Part shown: positions 22,804 through 32,593 of the stretch, piece after piece
How the letters are laid out: each line of letters begins with the position of its first letter
Position numbering within the stretch: the stretch's first letter is position 1
From: Porphyridium purpureum
Lineage: Eukaryota
NCBI GenBank assembly: GCA_008690995.1
Contig: VRMN01000012.1
Coordinates: forward strand, 372,001 to 419,514
Direction: 5' to 3'
DNA length: 47,514 nt
The notes under the pieces: model-generated
What the model was told of the DNA's origin: nothing
The model's database searches: none
Seen by the model: only the letters and a program-made list of their open reading frames with translations
Made by a program: the position numbers and the translations under genes

Positions 22804-23994
22804 ATGCTGACACGCAGTCGCACTCGCGTGCGTGCTCGACTTGCCTGGGAACTGCTTGTTCTTGCTATTCTCCTGGTTCTCGTCGACTCGCGTCGAGGCC
22901 TTCTGCGAGCTTCGGTAGAGGCGGTCGGCCTTCGTTGCGATGCATGCTCGACCGACTTTGATTGTGTTGGCGTTCTGGGATGCTTCGAAGGCACGTGCGA
23001 GCTGGCGTCGGACCCCATTGGCATTTGCGAGACCGGATGCTGTCAAGCGTGCGACTGCTCGGTGAACACGGTGTGTGTGGGCGACTCCGGGGCGTCGTGC
23101 TCGGAGGATTGCAATTGCAGCGGTGACTTGGTGTGTGTGGACGGCCAATGCGGATCGGGAGGTCCGGGTCCACCGCCTTCAACCGGGCCGCGCTGCAGTA
23201 CCTGCTCGACCGATGCAAATTGCGCTGGGGTACTGGGATGCTTCGAAGGCACGTGCGAGCTGGCGTCGGACCCCATTGGCATTTGCCAGACCGAATGCTG
23301 TGAAGCGTGCGACTGCTCGGTGAACACGGCGTGCGTGGGCGCCTCCGGGGCGTCATGCTCGGAGGATTGCAATTGCAGCGGTGACTTGGTGTGTGTGGAC
23401 GGCCAATGCGGATCGGGAGGTCCGGGTACACCGGGTCCACCGCCTCCTCCGCCTCCTCCGCCTCCACCGCCGACACTGCCAACACCGCCGATAATGCCGC
23501 CACCTCCACCGACGTCACCGCCACCGGAGCCGGTGTGTATCGACGCCGAGTGGATCGAGGCGCGTGGGTTGGAGAAGGTGCATGCCTCTGATGGCGTGGG
23601 CGAGTTGCTGTGCATTGTAGGTCTGGACGACATTCCGTGCGGCACGCCCGACCACGTGCTTGAAGTTGCCGAAATTGCGGGTGCTGCTCGCATGCGCGCG
23701 TCGAGGTCGGTGCTTCGCACGTACGCGGACGTGTGTGCGGCGCGCGCGTGCACGTCCAAGGTGGGCCGCTTCAATGGCGTCTTGCACTCGGATGCGCACT
23801 TGATGCCGACTCAGGAGGGCCACACGCTGACGACAGTGGCGCATCGAGGTACGATTTGGAGTGGCGTTGAGAACCGTGTCGTGGTGGCCGCGCAGCGCAT
23901 GCAGTCTGCGCGCATCAACCGAGCCCTGGCGTACTTGCAGCAGAAGAATAGCGTGCAGCGCCTGGATGATACGAAGCGGGGTGTGACCGTTTGA
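22804..23994 (+). CDS. Secreted Cys-rich/polyproline protein, copy 4
   Basis: Translation identical to 7000-8190. Confidence 0.85.
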   Translation: MLTRSRTRVRARLAWELLVLAILLVLVDSRRGLLRASVEAVGLRCDACSTDFDCVGVLGCFEGTCELASDPIGICETGCCQACDCSVNTVCVGDSGASCSEDCNCSGDLVCVDGQCGSGGPGPPPSTGPRCSTCSTDANCAGVLGCFEGTCELASDPIGICQTECCEACDCSVNTACVGASGASCSEDCNCSGDLVCVDGQCGSGGPGTPGPPPPPPPPPPPPTLPTPPIMPPPPPTSPPPEPVCIDAEWIEARGLEKVHASDGVGELLCIVGLDDIPCGTPDHVLEVAEIAGAARMRASRSVLRTYADVCAARACTSKVGRFNGVLHSDAHLMPTQEGHTLTTVAHRGTIWSGVENRVVVAAQRMQSARINRALAYLQQKNSVQRLDDTKRGVTV

Positions 23995-24676
23995 GGAGGT
24001 TGCGGGCACGGAGACTGTGCGAGAAACGTGCTCGCATGACGGCAGGAGTCGTGGCGCCCGGCCGATCGGCGCGCGTGGAGTCGGTCCAGTTTGTGCCAAT
24101 CTGTGGCGGAGCATCCAGATGAACGACGAAATGCACGGTTTGGGATGTCCTGGGGCAATGAAAACATGACCCCCGGCTTTCGGAGACGGCGCGCCCGCTG
24201 CCTGTGAAAGGGCGACGGATTTTCTCCCCCGGGGTTTTTGCCGACGCTCTCTATTCTTCTTTCTCTCGAGAGTTTATTCTTTTTCTTTAAAGTCTAAGTG
24301 AATGTCTGAAGCAACTGCTGGGGCGCCATGTTAGTTCACTGCTGCGGAAACCCTTTCCGTCGTCATTGGCACAATGCGCAAAAGGTCTGGCCTGCCAATT
24401 GGCCATGTGTGAGAGCAAAGCAGAGGGATCTTCCAGTTTGTCCCAGTATTTTCCCGACAATTTGGCAAGTGTTTTATTCTGTTCCCCCATCGAGGGTATC
24501 TCCCCTGCAGTAAGTGAGCCCGTCCAGGTCAAATGAAGTACCTACCGCTGCGGCGCGAGACGCACCCTGGGAAGCACGGAAGAGGAAGCCAGATTAAGTA
24601 TCCTTGTCAAAAGCTGGCTGCGATGGTAACACATGACGAGCTGGAGCAGAGCCTACTTTCTTTCGCAACTATTATC

Positions 24677-25147
24677 TCACTGAAGTACCAGCGTGCATTC
24701 GCCCAGGCGAGCCTCAATGGTTTTCATCACTTTTTCAAGTCCCACACCGGTGGTGGACCACAACTCGTCCTCCTTGAACACGGCCGACACTGCCACAACG
24801 ACGTCTCCCTCCTTCACACCAGCCTTCTCTCCATTTGATCCCGCAGCGACCTCGCGCACAAACACCATCCCGTCGTCCCGCTCTTCAAGCAGCAGTCCAA
24901 TCGGCTTCTCCACCGTCACCTTTCGCTCGCCTTTCTGGACTGGGCGGTTCTCACTCTCCTCCATGCCGTCCTGGTGGATGTTGAAAATCTCTTTCGCGTC
25001 CTCTGCTGCCATGTACAACGTGGCGGGCGAGCGCCTCGCTTGCGGCGTCATGCAGACTGGCTCCATTGCGTTCGCCAGCTTGTGCGACACCAGTGGCGCC
25101 ACGCGGCTGTTCGAACCCGCACCGCAAGCTCCGACAAATGCAACCAT
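24677..25147 (-). CDS. Small PDZ-domain protein, probably plastid-targeted (intact copy)
   Basis: MVAFV start typical of red-algal plastid transit peptides. KPIGLLLEE...VFVREVAAGSNGEKAGVKEGDVVVAV is a PDZ signature. Confidence 0.85.
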   Translation of the reverse strand: MVAFVGACGAGSNSRVAPLVSHKLANAMEPVCMTPQARRSPATLYMAAEDAKEIFNIHQDGMEESENRPVQKGERKVTVEKPIGLLLEERDDGMVFVREVAAGSNGEKAGVKEGDVVVAVSAVFKEDELWSTTGVGLEKVMKTIEARLGECTLVLQ

Positions 25148-26175
25148 CTTTGTAGACTCTCTTTTCACTCGGCGTGCAACACGTTCCTTTCACCGTTCCT
25201 CGGAGCAATCCTTTTTCCAACGCAGATACACAAACGCAAACTCTTCAATATCTCCCTCGCAAGTATCAAGCCGCTGTACGTGGGAAAAAAGAGTGCCGCT
25301 CTGCGCATTTATACCCATGGCAGAAGCCGCACTTCCCTTCAACGTGGAACCCGCAACGTGGAATCGCCCGAGCTGCAGCTCGCTGCCTGCGCTGCGTGCA
25401 CGTCCGGAAGCCTTCCACGCTGGATGCGGTCAGGGGTACTGTGACCTCGAACGCCAAAGCCGCGGCTGCGCGCGGTGCCGAATCTGCGCGCAGCGCCACG
25501 TTGGCACCTGGCCTAGGTTGTAGGCATGGGCGCGTCAGCCCATCTCGTTGGTTGCTTTCCTTGTTCCGCGCACGTCGCACGTGTTCCGTTGCAGATTTGA
25601 TCCAAACCGCAATCATGCGCCACACTCTGGCAGTCGACAGCTCCTACGAGTCTACTGTTTTCGGACCGGCGGTGAGTGTGTGTGGTGATGCGCCTGCAGA
25701 CGCGCCGCGCTTGTCAGTCTAAGCATTCGTGCGATGGCGGGACGCCGGTTGCTTATTGAGACACATAGTGGCAACGCCGCGCGCTAGACTCGATTGTCAT
25801 TTGCCTCCGACAACGCACGGAACGCGTCTCTTTACTCTTCATCGGACAATTTCTTGAATTTCACACGGACGTGTGTGGAAGCGTAGCGTGCGCGCGGGGA
25901 ATTATGTGCGCGTGTTCCTGCAGCGCCTCCACGGTCAGTTCGGCTCTGGTCCCTTCTCCCGCCGCAAGATCGCGCGCGTCGTTTTCGGGAGACTTAACGC
26001 GTCTAGTAAAATGGGGGCATTTAGCTATAAAAATGGAAACGGTGCTTGTCCCGTTTGCACGTGGGGGAGCTGCTGCTGCAGATATCTCGTGTGATATTCC
26101 ACACGGAGCAGACCTTGGCTCGAGGAGACAGGGCGCGTCGCCAGGTAAAGAGCAGCCAGCAGCATTGGCTAAACC

Positions 26176-26952
26176 ATGGGAAAGCTGCTGCCCGAAATTG
26201 GTGAGCCGGAGGCGGCGTTTATTGCGTCACAAAAGGTGTTTTTCGTTGGCACTGCGCCGCTGTCGCCAGACCATCGCGTGAATGTGAGCCCCAAGGCAAA
26301 CGGGTGCGTCGTGCTGGATAAGCACACGGTAGTCTATGCAGACTTGACGGGCAGCGGCGCCGAGACGGCCGCGCATGTCTTGCAGAATGGGCGTATGACG
26401 CTCATGTTTTGTAATCTCGAGGCTGGCGCGCCGAGAATCTTGCGCCTGTTTGGCCGCGCGCAGCTCATTCTCGCAGAGGATGTGCCAGAAAGCTTGCTCC
26501 AAAAGCTACCGGAGAGGATGACAAAGAACGAGGGCTTCCGCGCCGTGTACAAGCTGTCGGTCGACCGTGTGACGCAGTCGTGCGGCTACAGCATGCCAGT
26601 CATGACGTTTGAAAAGTATCGGACAACGCTGGACGAGTGGACGCAGCACAAAGGCCCTGATGGTATGAACGAGTACCGGACGCTGAAGAATTCGTTTTCC
26701 ATCGACGGCCTTCCGTCGCTCGCTCTGCTGCGCAATGATGCGCCTGTCGACATTGTACCCGTGCCGGAAGGTGGCTACATATTGGGCAAAGTCCAGCCCG
26801 GAGACAAGGCTAAGCAACTCAAGGTGTACCGACCACCCCAAACGGTGCGAGTGCGACTCCGTGACTTGATCTTTGCAGGCGTCAGCGTGGCCCTTTCGGG
26901 GATGGTCGTAGGCGCGCTCTTGGCCCGCTGGGGAGCGTTTTCTGTTGATTAG
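26176..26952 (+). CDS. Pyridoxamine 5'-phosphate oxidase-related FMN-binding split-barrel protein with C-terminal TM helix
   Basis: MGK...FIASQKVFFVGTAPLS..RVNVSPK, DLTGSGAETAAH..NGRMTLMF, PRILRLFG, SCGYSMP, SIDGLP motifs. Confidence 0.88.
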   Translation: MGKLLPEIGEPEAAFIASQKVFFVGTAPLSPDHRVNVSPKANGCVVLDKHTVVYADLTGSGAETAAHVLQNGRMTLMFCNLEAGAPRILRLFGRAQLILAEDVPESLLQKLPERMTKNEGFRAVYKLSVDRVTQSCGYSMPVMTFEKYRTTLDEWTQHKGPDGMNEYRTLKNSFSIDGLPSLALLRNDAPVDIVPVPEGGYILGKVQPGDKAKQLKVYRPPQTVRVRLRDLIFAGVSVALSGMVVGALLARWGAFSVD

Positions 26953-27182
26953 ATGATGTTCAAGCGCCACGTAAAGGGCCATGTTGAGAATTAAGCCAGG
27001 TCGCCGATTGATCGCTACCCTTCTTTCTTCCATAAGCCACGCGGCCAGGTGCTTTGAGGTGCTTGTCATGCTCGCCAGGACAATGCAGCGCTCCCACGCA
27101 CCATCCGGGGCGCGAGTGAGGTTGAGAAAACATAAAGACACAAATTTACTCAACAAAGCTTGCTGCGCAGCCACGCTGTGAT

Positions 27183-28313
27183 TCACGCCGCCGTGATCTT
27201 TGCGTACCCGTACTCCAACCACTCACAGAGCACGGCAATGTCGCTGGCCTCCACTGTCGCGCCGCACCAGATGCGGAGGCCCGGAGGCGCGTCGCGGTAA
27301 GAATTGATGTCGTACGCGACGCCTTCCTTTTCCAGCAGCTTGCTCAGCGCCTTGACCTGCTCTGGTGTCGCCTGCGGCAGTACAAAGCACACAGACGTAT
27401 TTGAGCGCGACGCCGCGTCCTTGGCAAGGAACTCGATCCAATCGTGCTTGGCCACGAATTCTTCAAACACCTGCAAGTTTTTCTTGGAGCGCTCGATGAG
27501 TGCGCTCAGCCCGCCCACCGAGTCGACCCACTTGAGCGCGTCCAGGTAGTCTTCCACGCACAGCATCGACACGGTGTTGATCACCGAACCTGTAAACAAG
27601 GCCGAGTCAATTTGGCCCTTCTTGCTCATGCGGAAGATCTTTGGTACTGGCCAGGGCGGCGAGTATGTCTCGAGCCTCTCGACAGCGCGCGGGCTCAGGA
27701 TAATCATTCCATGCGCGGCCTCGCCGCCCAGTACCTTTTGCCACGAAAAGGTCAGCACGTCAATTTTCGGCCAAGGGATATCCATGGCAAACACCCCTGA
27801 GGTTGCGTCGCAGATGGTGAGTCCCTGTCGCTCGTCGGAGATCCACGACGCGTCTGACGAGCAGCACACGCCACTGGTGGTGCCGTTCCACGTGAAAATA
27901 ATGTCGTGATTCGGGTCTGTTTCATGCAGTGGTGGCAGCACGCCGTACTCGCCGATGAACTCGCGCACGTCGGGCAGCTTCAGCTGGTTCTTCAGATCAT
28001 CAGCCCAGCCCTTTCCAAACGACTCCCAGTAACACACGTCGACCGGGCGCGGGCCAAGCATGGTCCACATGGCCATCTCGACTGCGCCCGTGTCTGACGC
28101 AGGCACAATTGCGCACAGGTACGACTCTGGCACGCCCAGAATCCTCTTCGTGTCATCAATTGCCAGTCGCAGCTTGGCGAGAGCCAGCGGGTGTCGATGC
28201 GAACGTCCCAGCGGCGCATCTGCCAGCGCCTCCAAGCTATACCCAGGCCGCTTCTTACATGGCCCGGACGAAAAACACGCGCTGCTCGGCTTGTTCTTTG
28301 GCGCGTCGGCCAT
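27183..28313 (-). CDS. serC: Phosphoserine aminotransferase, Methanosarcina/alphaproteobacterial (serC_2) type
   Basis: [44 protein letters not shown] (PLP Lys), [24 protein letters not shown]. First ATG at 28313. Confidence 0.93.
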   Translation of the reverse strand: MADAPKNKPSSACFSSGPCKKRPGYSLEALADAPLGRSHRHPLALAKLRLAIDDTKRILGVPESYLCAIVPASDTGAVEMAMWTMLGPRPVDVCYWESFGKGWADDLKNQLKLPDVREFIGEYGVLPPLHETDPNHDIIFTWNGTTSGVCCSSDASWISDERQGLTICDATSGVFAMDIPWPKIDVLTFSWQKVLGGEAAHGMIILSPRAVERLETYSPPWPVPKIFRMSKKGQIDSALFTGSVINTVSMLCVEDYLDALKWVDSVGGLSALIERSKKNLQVFEEFVAKHDWIEFLAKDAASRSNTSVCFVLPQATPEQVKALSKLLEKEGVAYDINSYRDAPPGLRIWCGATVEASDIAVLCEWLEYGYAKITAA

Positions 28314-28914
28314 CTTGCCCTTCGCCAAACCTTTAACTTCTCTCTGCTTCTCTCCACAATCTTCTCTCTCTCTCTCTCCCTTCCGCGCCGCCACTTTTTT
28401 TTTGCGCCGCCGCGCGGCCGCACCGGAAAAATAAAAAAGTAGTTAAACAATGAATTAAATAAAATAATATTCGACGAGAAAATGGTAATTTACAACGCAA
28501 TGACGTAAACTGTTTAAACCGTATTGATCTGAACCGTTTACATGTGACGCGTCTGCAGCAGCGTTCGGTGTGGGTGGAGTGGACATGGGCATCCAAGTCG
28601 CTGGCTGAAAGGGGCCAGTGCGAGGCTTGCGAGACTGCTCTGCAGCGTTGCCATGCCTGCGGTGTGCCATTTCGTGGACGCGAGAGGGAGACACGCCGCG
28701 CCAGATTTTCTGGCCTGGATGGAGCGTTTGCCTCGGGAAAGTTTGTGAGGTGCAAACTTGGACTTGCAGCGGACGACGGTACAGATTTCAGTGAAGCAGA
28801 CCTTACAGGCTTATAAAACACGAGGCTTTATGACGCAATGACGCTTTGGCGGGAGCGAAGGAGACTTGTTTCCGCATCACAACATCCGCCCGTTTGTTCG
28901 GTAACGACGTTCGG

Positions 28915-29337
28915 CTAGTAAACGTGCGACGCGTCCGGGTTGGTGGGACTCACGAAGTCCTTTGTGTAGTAGACGTTCTTGCCGACCTGCCATTTCGGCC
29001 TGTTCTTCATGATCTCGGCCTCCTTTCTCAGGAACTCTTCGCTCTGCACGACAAACTCGACGTCCGACTCGCTCTGCAGGAACGGCGTGATATTCTCACG
29101 GATCGCCATGCGTTCCTTCTTGAGTTTCCGACGCCACTGATTCGTATGCGCCACGTTAATCAGCCCGCCAAACACGACGGCCGCGCCGCCGCCCAGCAGC
29201 AACCACGCCATCATCGGCGACACCGACTTGGGCACGTTGCGGCGCACATCAATCGGCGCGTACCCGCCCTTCGGCGGCATGTCCTGCCGCACCTCCCGCG
29301 GAGGCGGCCGCGGAACCCCAACCCCTGCGCTCGACAT
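28915..29337 (-). CDS. NDUFA13: NADH:ubiquinone oxidoreductase subunit A13 (GRIM-19/B16.6)
   Basis: QDMPPKGGYAPI motif, single TM helix, PFLQSESD and EAEIMKN.PKWQVG. Confidence 0.92.
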   Translation of the reverse strand: MSSAGVGVPRPPPREVRQDMPPKGGYAPIDVRRNVPKSVSPMMAWLLLGGGAAVVFGGLINVAHTNQWRRKLKKERMAIRENITPFLQSESDVEFVVQSEEFLRKEAEIMKNRPKWQVGKNVYYTKDFVSPTNPDASHVY

Positions 29338-29768
29338 CTCACTCTCTCTCTCTCTCCCTCTCTTTCCCACACACACAAAAAGCCTTTTCCCTCCTTCCTC
29401 TTCCCCCGCCTCTTCCCCTTCTTCTTCTCAGTCTCTTCCCACACTTATTTTCATAAAATCACAAAACATGCCTGAAACATCAGACATCATGCCATTAAAG
29501 AACTGGCGTTCTTCACTTTCATATAAAAACGCCCGGATTCTAATATAAACATACTGTACTTCAGCTGTACCTGCGCACAACCCCTACAGTACAGTGCTCC
29601 GACTCGCCACAGTACACGCCGCGCACCGTTTTCACTCGCATTCTTTTGTAATGCTGACAGAAGTATTTATAAACGTGAGTGTTTAGGATAGAAAGGTAAT
29701 GTGGTAATGTGGGAGTGGAAGGAAGACGAACAAAGGAAGGAGGAGAATGTGGCGAGCGGGTGGATGGG

Positions 29769-30671
29769 ATGGAAAGGGGGTTGGCTGAGATGGCGAGTGT
29801 GTATGGGAGTCAGCGAGATGGCAGCGGACGCGATGACGGTCGGAACATTGGCGATGTGGAGGTGGACACGCTGGGACTGCCAATTCGTGCCACTTTAACC
29901 AATGGGCTGCACGTTGAGCTGGATTTCTTCAGGCCTGCGCCAGACTCGGATGAGCTGTCTCGCGCATATGAAGAGTTTAATGCCGTGATTGAGGAAGGCA
30001 CCACGTGGCCCTTTGAGAATCGGTTTGAAAGCGAGGCACAGTTTCGGTCCTATTTCTGCTCCCACGCGGCGTTTGTGCTGCGCGCAAATTCTGCGATGGC
30101 ACCTGCTGGTGAGATCGTCGGCTTCTTCTACATCAAGCCAAATTATCCCGGTCGATGCGCGCATTTTTGCAATGGCGGGTTCGTGACAGTGCCTGCATTC
30201 CGGCGTCAGGGCGCAGCGATCTTGATGACCACCCATTTCCTCGCACTCGCCAAGACGCTCGGGTACCGCGCGGTGCAATTTAATTTGGTGTTTGCCACCA
30301 ATCACGCGTCGCAGTGCTTGTGGCGCAGACTGCGCTTTCGCGAAATAGGCGTGCTTCCGCGTGTGGGCCGCCTCAAGCTGGTGGATCGCGAGAAGCATGA
30401 CAAGCAGGACCAGGCGCGCCACCGCTTCAACGCGCGGCGATGGATGTTGGATGGCGATTGCATCTTCCAAGATATCAAGCACAGCCCGAACCCGACCTCG
30501 CTGGTCGACGCCACCATGTACTACTATGATCTTACACAGCATGATCCCAGCACGTTCAAGCCGCTGGAAATGTGGCAGGTGCGGCTGCAGGGCGCGCGCC
30601 GACTGGTAGCTCGCCACGCGCTCGCGGCAGTGTGCGTGTCGCTCTTGCTCATGTGCAGGCTCAGATCGTGA
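29769..30671 (+). CDS. GNAT N-acetyltransferase, Mpr1/Spt10-like
   Basis: IEEGTTWP, FYIKPNYPGRCAHFCNGGF, GYRAVQFNLVFATN motifs. Start codon uncertain (29769 or 29790). Confidence 0.85.
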   Translation: MERGLAEMASVYGSQRDGSGRDDGRNIGDVEVDTLGLPIRATLTNGLHVELDFFRPAPDSDELSRAYEEFNAVIEEGTTWPFENRFESEAQFRSYFCSHAAFVLRANSAMAPAGEIVGFFYIKPNYPGRCAHFCNGGFVTVPAFRRQGAAILMTTHFLALAKTLGYRAVQFNLVFATNHASQCLWRRLRFREIGVLPRVGRLKLVDREKHDKQDQARHRFNARRWMLDGDCIFQDIKHSPNPTSLVDATMYYYDLTQHDPSTFKPLEMWQVRLQGARRLVARHALAAVCVSLLLMCRLRS

Positions 30672-30714
30672 CGGCCAGTGCGTACGCCAAGAAAAGTTCG
30701 CACCCTTTTATATG

Positions 30715-31914
30715 TTAAGGAATGTATCCGTTGTACGCATTGGTGCCTCGAATAGGTGCCTTTTCGACGTACACGTTGGTGTACATATCTTTGACTTCCG
30801 GCTCTGGGTCCGTTTTGGCAAGCTTGACGGCCTCGTCCACTTCCTTCTTGATCTTCTTCTCCAGCGCCTTGACTTCCTCCACGCCCATCCACCCTTCGTC
30901 GATCATGCGCGACTTGACGCGGTCGATCGGGTCGCGGCTTTTGCGAATGTCGCTGATCTCGTCGCGCGAGCGGTAGGTAATGCCCGGGTCAGACATGGAA
31001 TGTCCATGGTAGCGATAGGTGTCCATTTCCATGTACAGCGGCCCGTGCTCCAACACAAACTTTTTCGCGTACGCCATGCCCTCGCGCACGGCGAGCACAT
31101 CCATGCCGTCCACTTTCATACCTGGGATGAACGAACCGCGCTTGTAGAAATCCGCACCCGAGCCGGAGGCGCGAGAGGTCGACGTGCCCATGCCATACTT
31201 GTTGTTCTCGCACAAGAAAATGCACGGCAGCTTCCACAGACTCGCCATGTTGATCGCCTCGGCCAGCTGGCCCTGATTCGCGGCGCCATCGCCAAACATG
31301 GTCACGGCGATGTTTGGCTTTTCGTAATACTTGAGTGCGAACGCCAGACCGGCGCCTAGCGGGGTCTGCGCGCCCACAATTCCCTGGCCGCCAAAGTACC
31401 CATTCTCCGTCGCGTACATGTGCATGCTTCCGCCACGGCCCTTTTGCATACCGGTCGTGCGCCCCGTCAGCTCGGCCAGCACCGAGTGCACCGTGCCTCC
31501 CCGCGACAAGGCCTGGCAATGATTCCTGTATGAAGTAATCAGCAGATCCTGATAAGTCAGCGCAGCGTCCATGCCCACTACGACGGCTTCCTGTCCGTCG
31601 TACAAATGACAAAAGCCGCGGATGGCCTGTCCCTTGTACAAGACATCCGCCGAGATCTCCATTCGCCGCATGCGCAACATCATCGTGAAATACTGCAGAA
31701 GGTCCTCCTTATTTGCCTCGCACTCTGGCGCGGGCACATCCATCATATACCCCTGGTGCGGCGTGAACGTGAACTTGCTCGACGGCACATCGCCGCCCTG
31801 CGCCGCGCCATCCAGCCGCATCGCCGTCCCCGCCACCCCACGCACATACCCACCCGCATTTAACCCAACACCACGCACCACGCGCGCGCGGCGCCACACC
31901 CCAATCCCCAACAT
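30715..31914 (-). CDS. PDHA1: Pyruvate dehydrogenase E1 alpha subunit, mitochondrial
   Basis: IRGFCHLYDGQEA, GGSMHMY, GDGAANQGQ (TPP motif), TYRYHGHSMSDPG, and an Arg-rich presequence from ATG 31914. Confidence 0.96.
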   Translation of the reverse strand: MLGIGVWRRARVVRGVGLNAGGYVRGVAGTAMRLDGAAQGGDVPSSKFTFTPHQGYMMDVPAPECEANKEDLLQYFTMMLRMRRMEISADVLYKGQAIRGFCHLYDGQEAVVVGMDAALTYQDLLITSYRNHCQALSRGGTVHSVLAELTGRTTGMQKGRGGSMHMYATENGYFGGQGIVGAQTPLGAGLAFALKYYEKPNIAVTMFGDGAANQGQLAEAINMASLWKLPCIFLCENNKYGMGTSTSRASGSGADFYKRGSFIPGMKVDGMDVLAVREGMAYAKKFVLEHGPLYMEMDTYRYHGHSMSDPGITYRSRDEISDIRKSRDPIDRVKSRMIDEGWMGVEEVKALEKKIKKEVDEAVKLAKTDPEPEVKDMYTNVYVEKAPIRGTNAYNGYIP

Positions 31915-32473
31915 CCTGCACACACAAAGACACACACACACAAACACACCCTTGCTTCCTACCTTTACCGCCCCTTCGCCCACTCGCTCGCCTTCTCTTC
32001 CTTCCTTCAAACTCGACTCGGGCTAGGGTTATTCCATCTTTACCACGCGCATTACCTCTCTCTACTAAAAACATACGTAAGTCAAACGTAGTACATTTGC
32101 CATTACAAATGAATGCAATGACTGCCCAACGGCCATCGCGAAGGCGTAGTGTACAGTTTGTCGGTACAGCACAGCGTCCCGTCGTTTTGCAGCCACTCAA
32201 AAGACCGCGTCACGCATTACATCTCTACTAAAACAGGGGATTTTTACATGCTAGACACACTCCGCATTCCAATATCATTTTGCTATACATGTGACGTCAG
32301 GGCCAAAGCCGTACGTTTCCTGCGTAGCGCTACGCATTACAAGATTATCATCAAACGCGGGATTAGTTCAGAGTTATTGAAGACATTGCAAACGAATGCG
32401 AAAGTACAGCAATGGTTTGGGAACAGAAAATAAAATGGAGGTATATGATATTTAATTTTGCCCTCCACTTTCA

Positions 32474-32593
32474 ACCTGCGCTCATAGCAGCTGGACATGC
32501 GCCCCTTCCCATCTCGCACAGGGAAGCTAAGTCCGCTAGCGCCCGGGTAGTACTGAGGTGAGGGATCACTCGGGAATTCCGGGTGGCGCAGGT
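32474..32593 (+). rRNA. 5S rRNA gene, copy 1
   Basis: 120 nt with terminal helix I (ACCTGCGCT/GGCGCAGGT). GAAGCTAAG (box A), GGTAGTACT and GGGAAT.CCGGGTG align with eukaryotic 5S. T-run terminator at 32600. Confidence 0.9.

Larger units (their letters stand above)
4312..25054. repeat. Tandem segmental array: four ~4.93-kb cores (4312-9250, 9588-14526, 14864-19790, 20128-25054) and three identical 337-bp junctions
   Basis: ORF sets recur at offsets of 5276/5264 bp with identical translations. The only difference I could see is the TGCCTG unit number. Confidence 0.97.

Noticed and set aside
4312..25054. Array as CRISPR or a Helitron/transposon concatemer
   Set aside because: Units are about 5 kb with no repeat-spacer structure, no Rep/helicase or transposase ORF and no recognisable termini; boundaries cut through a host gene.
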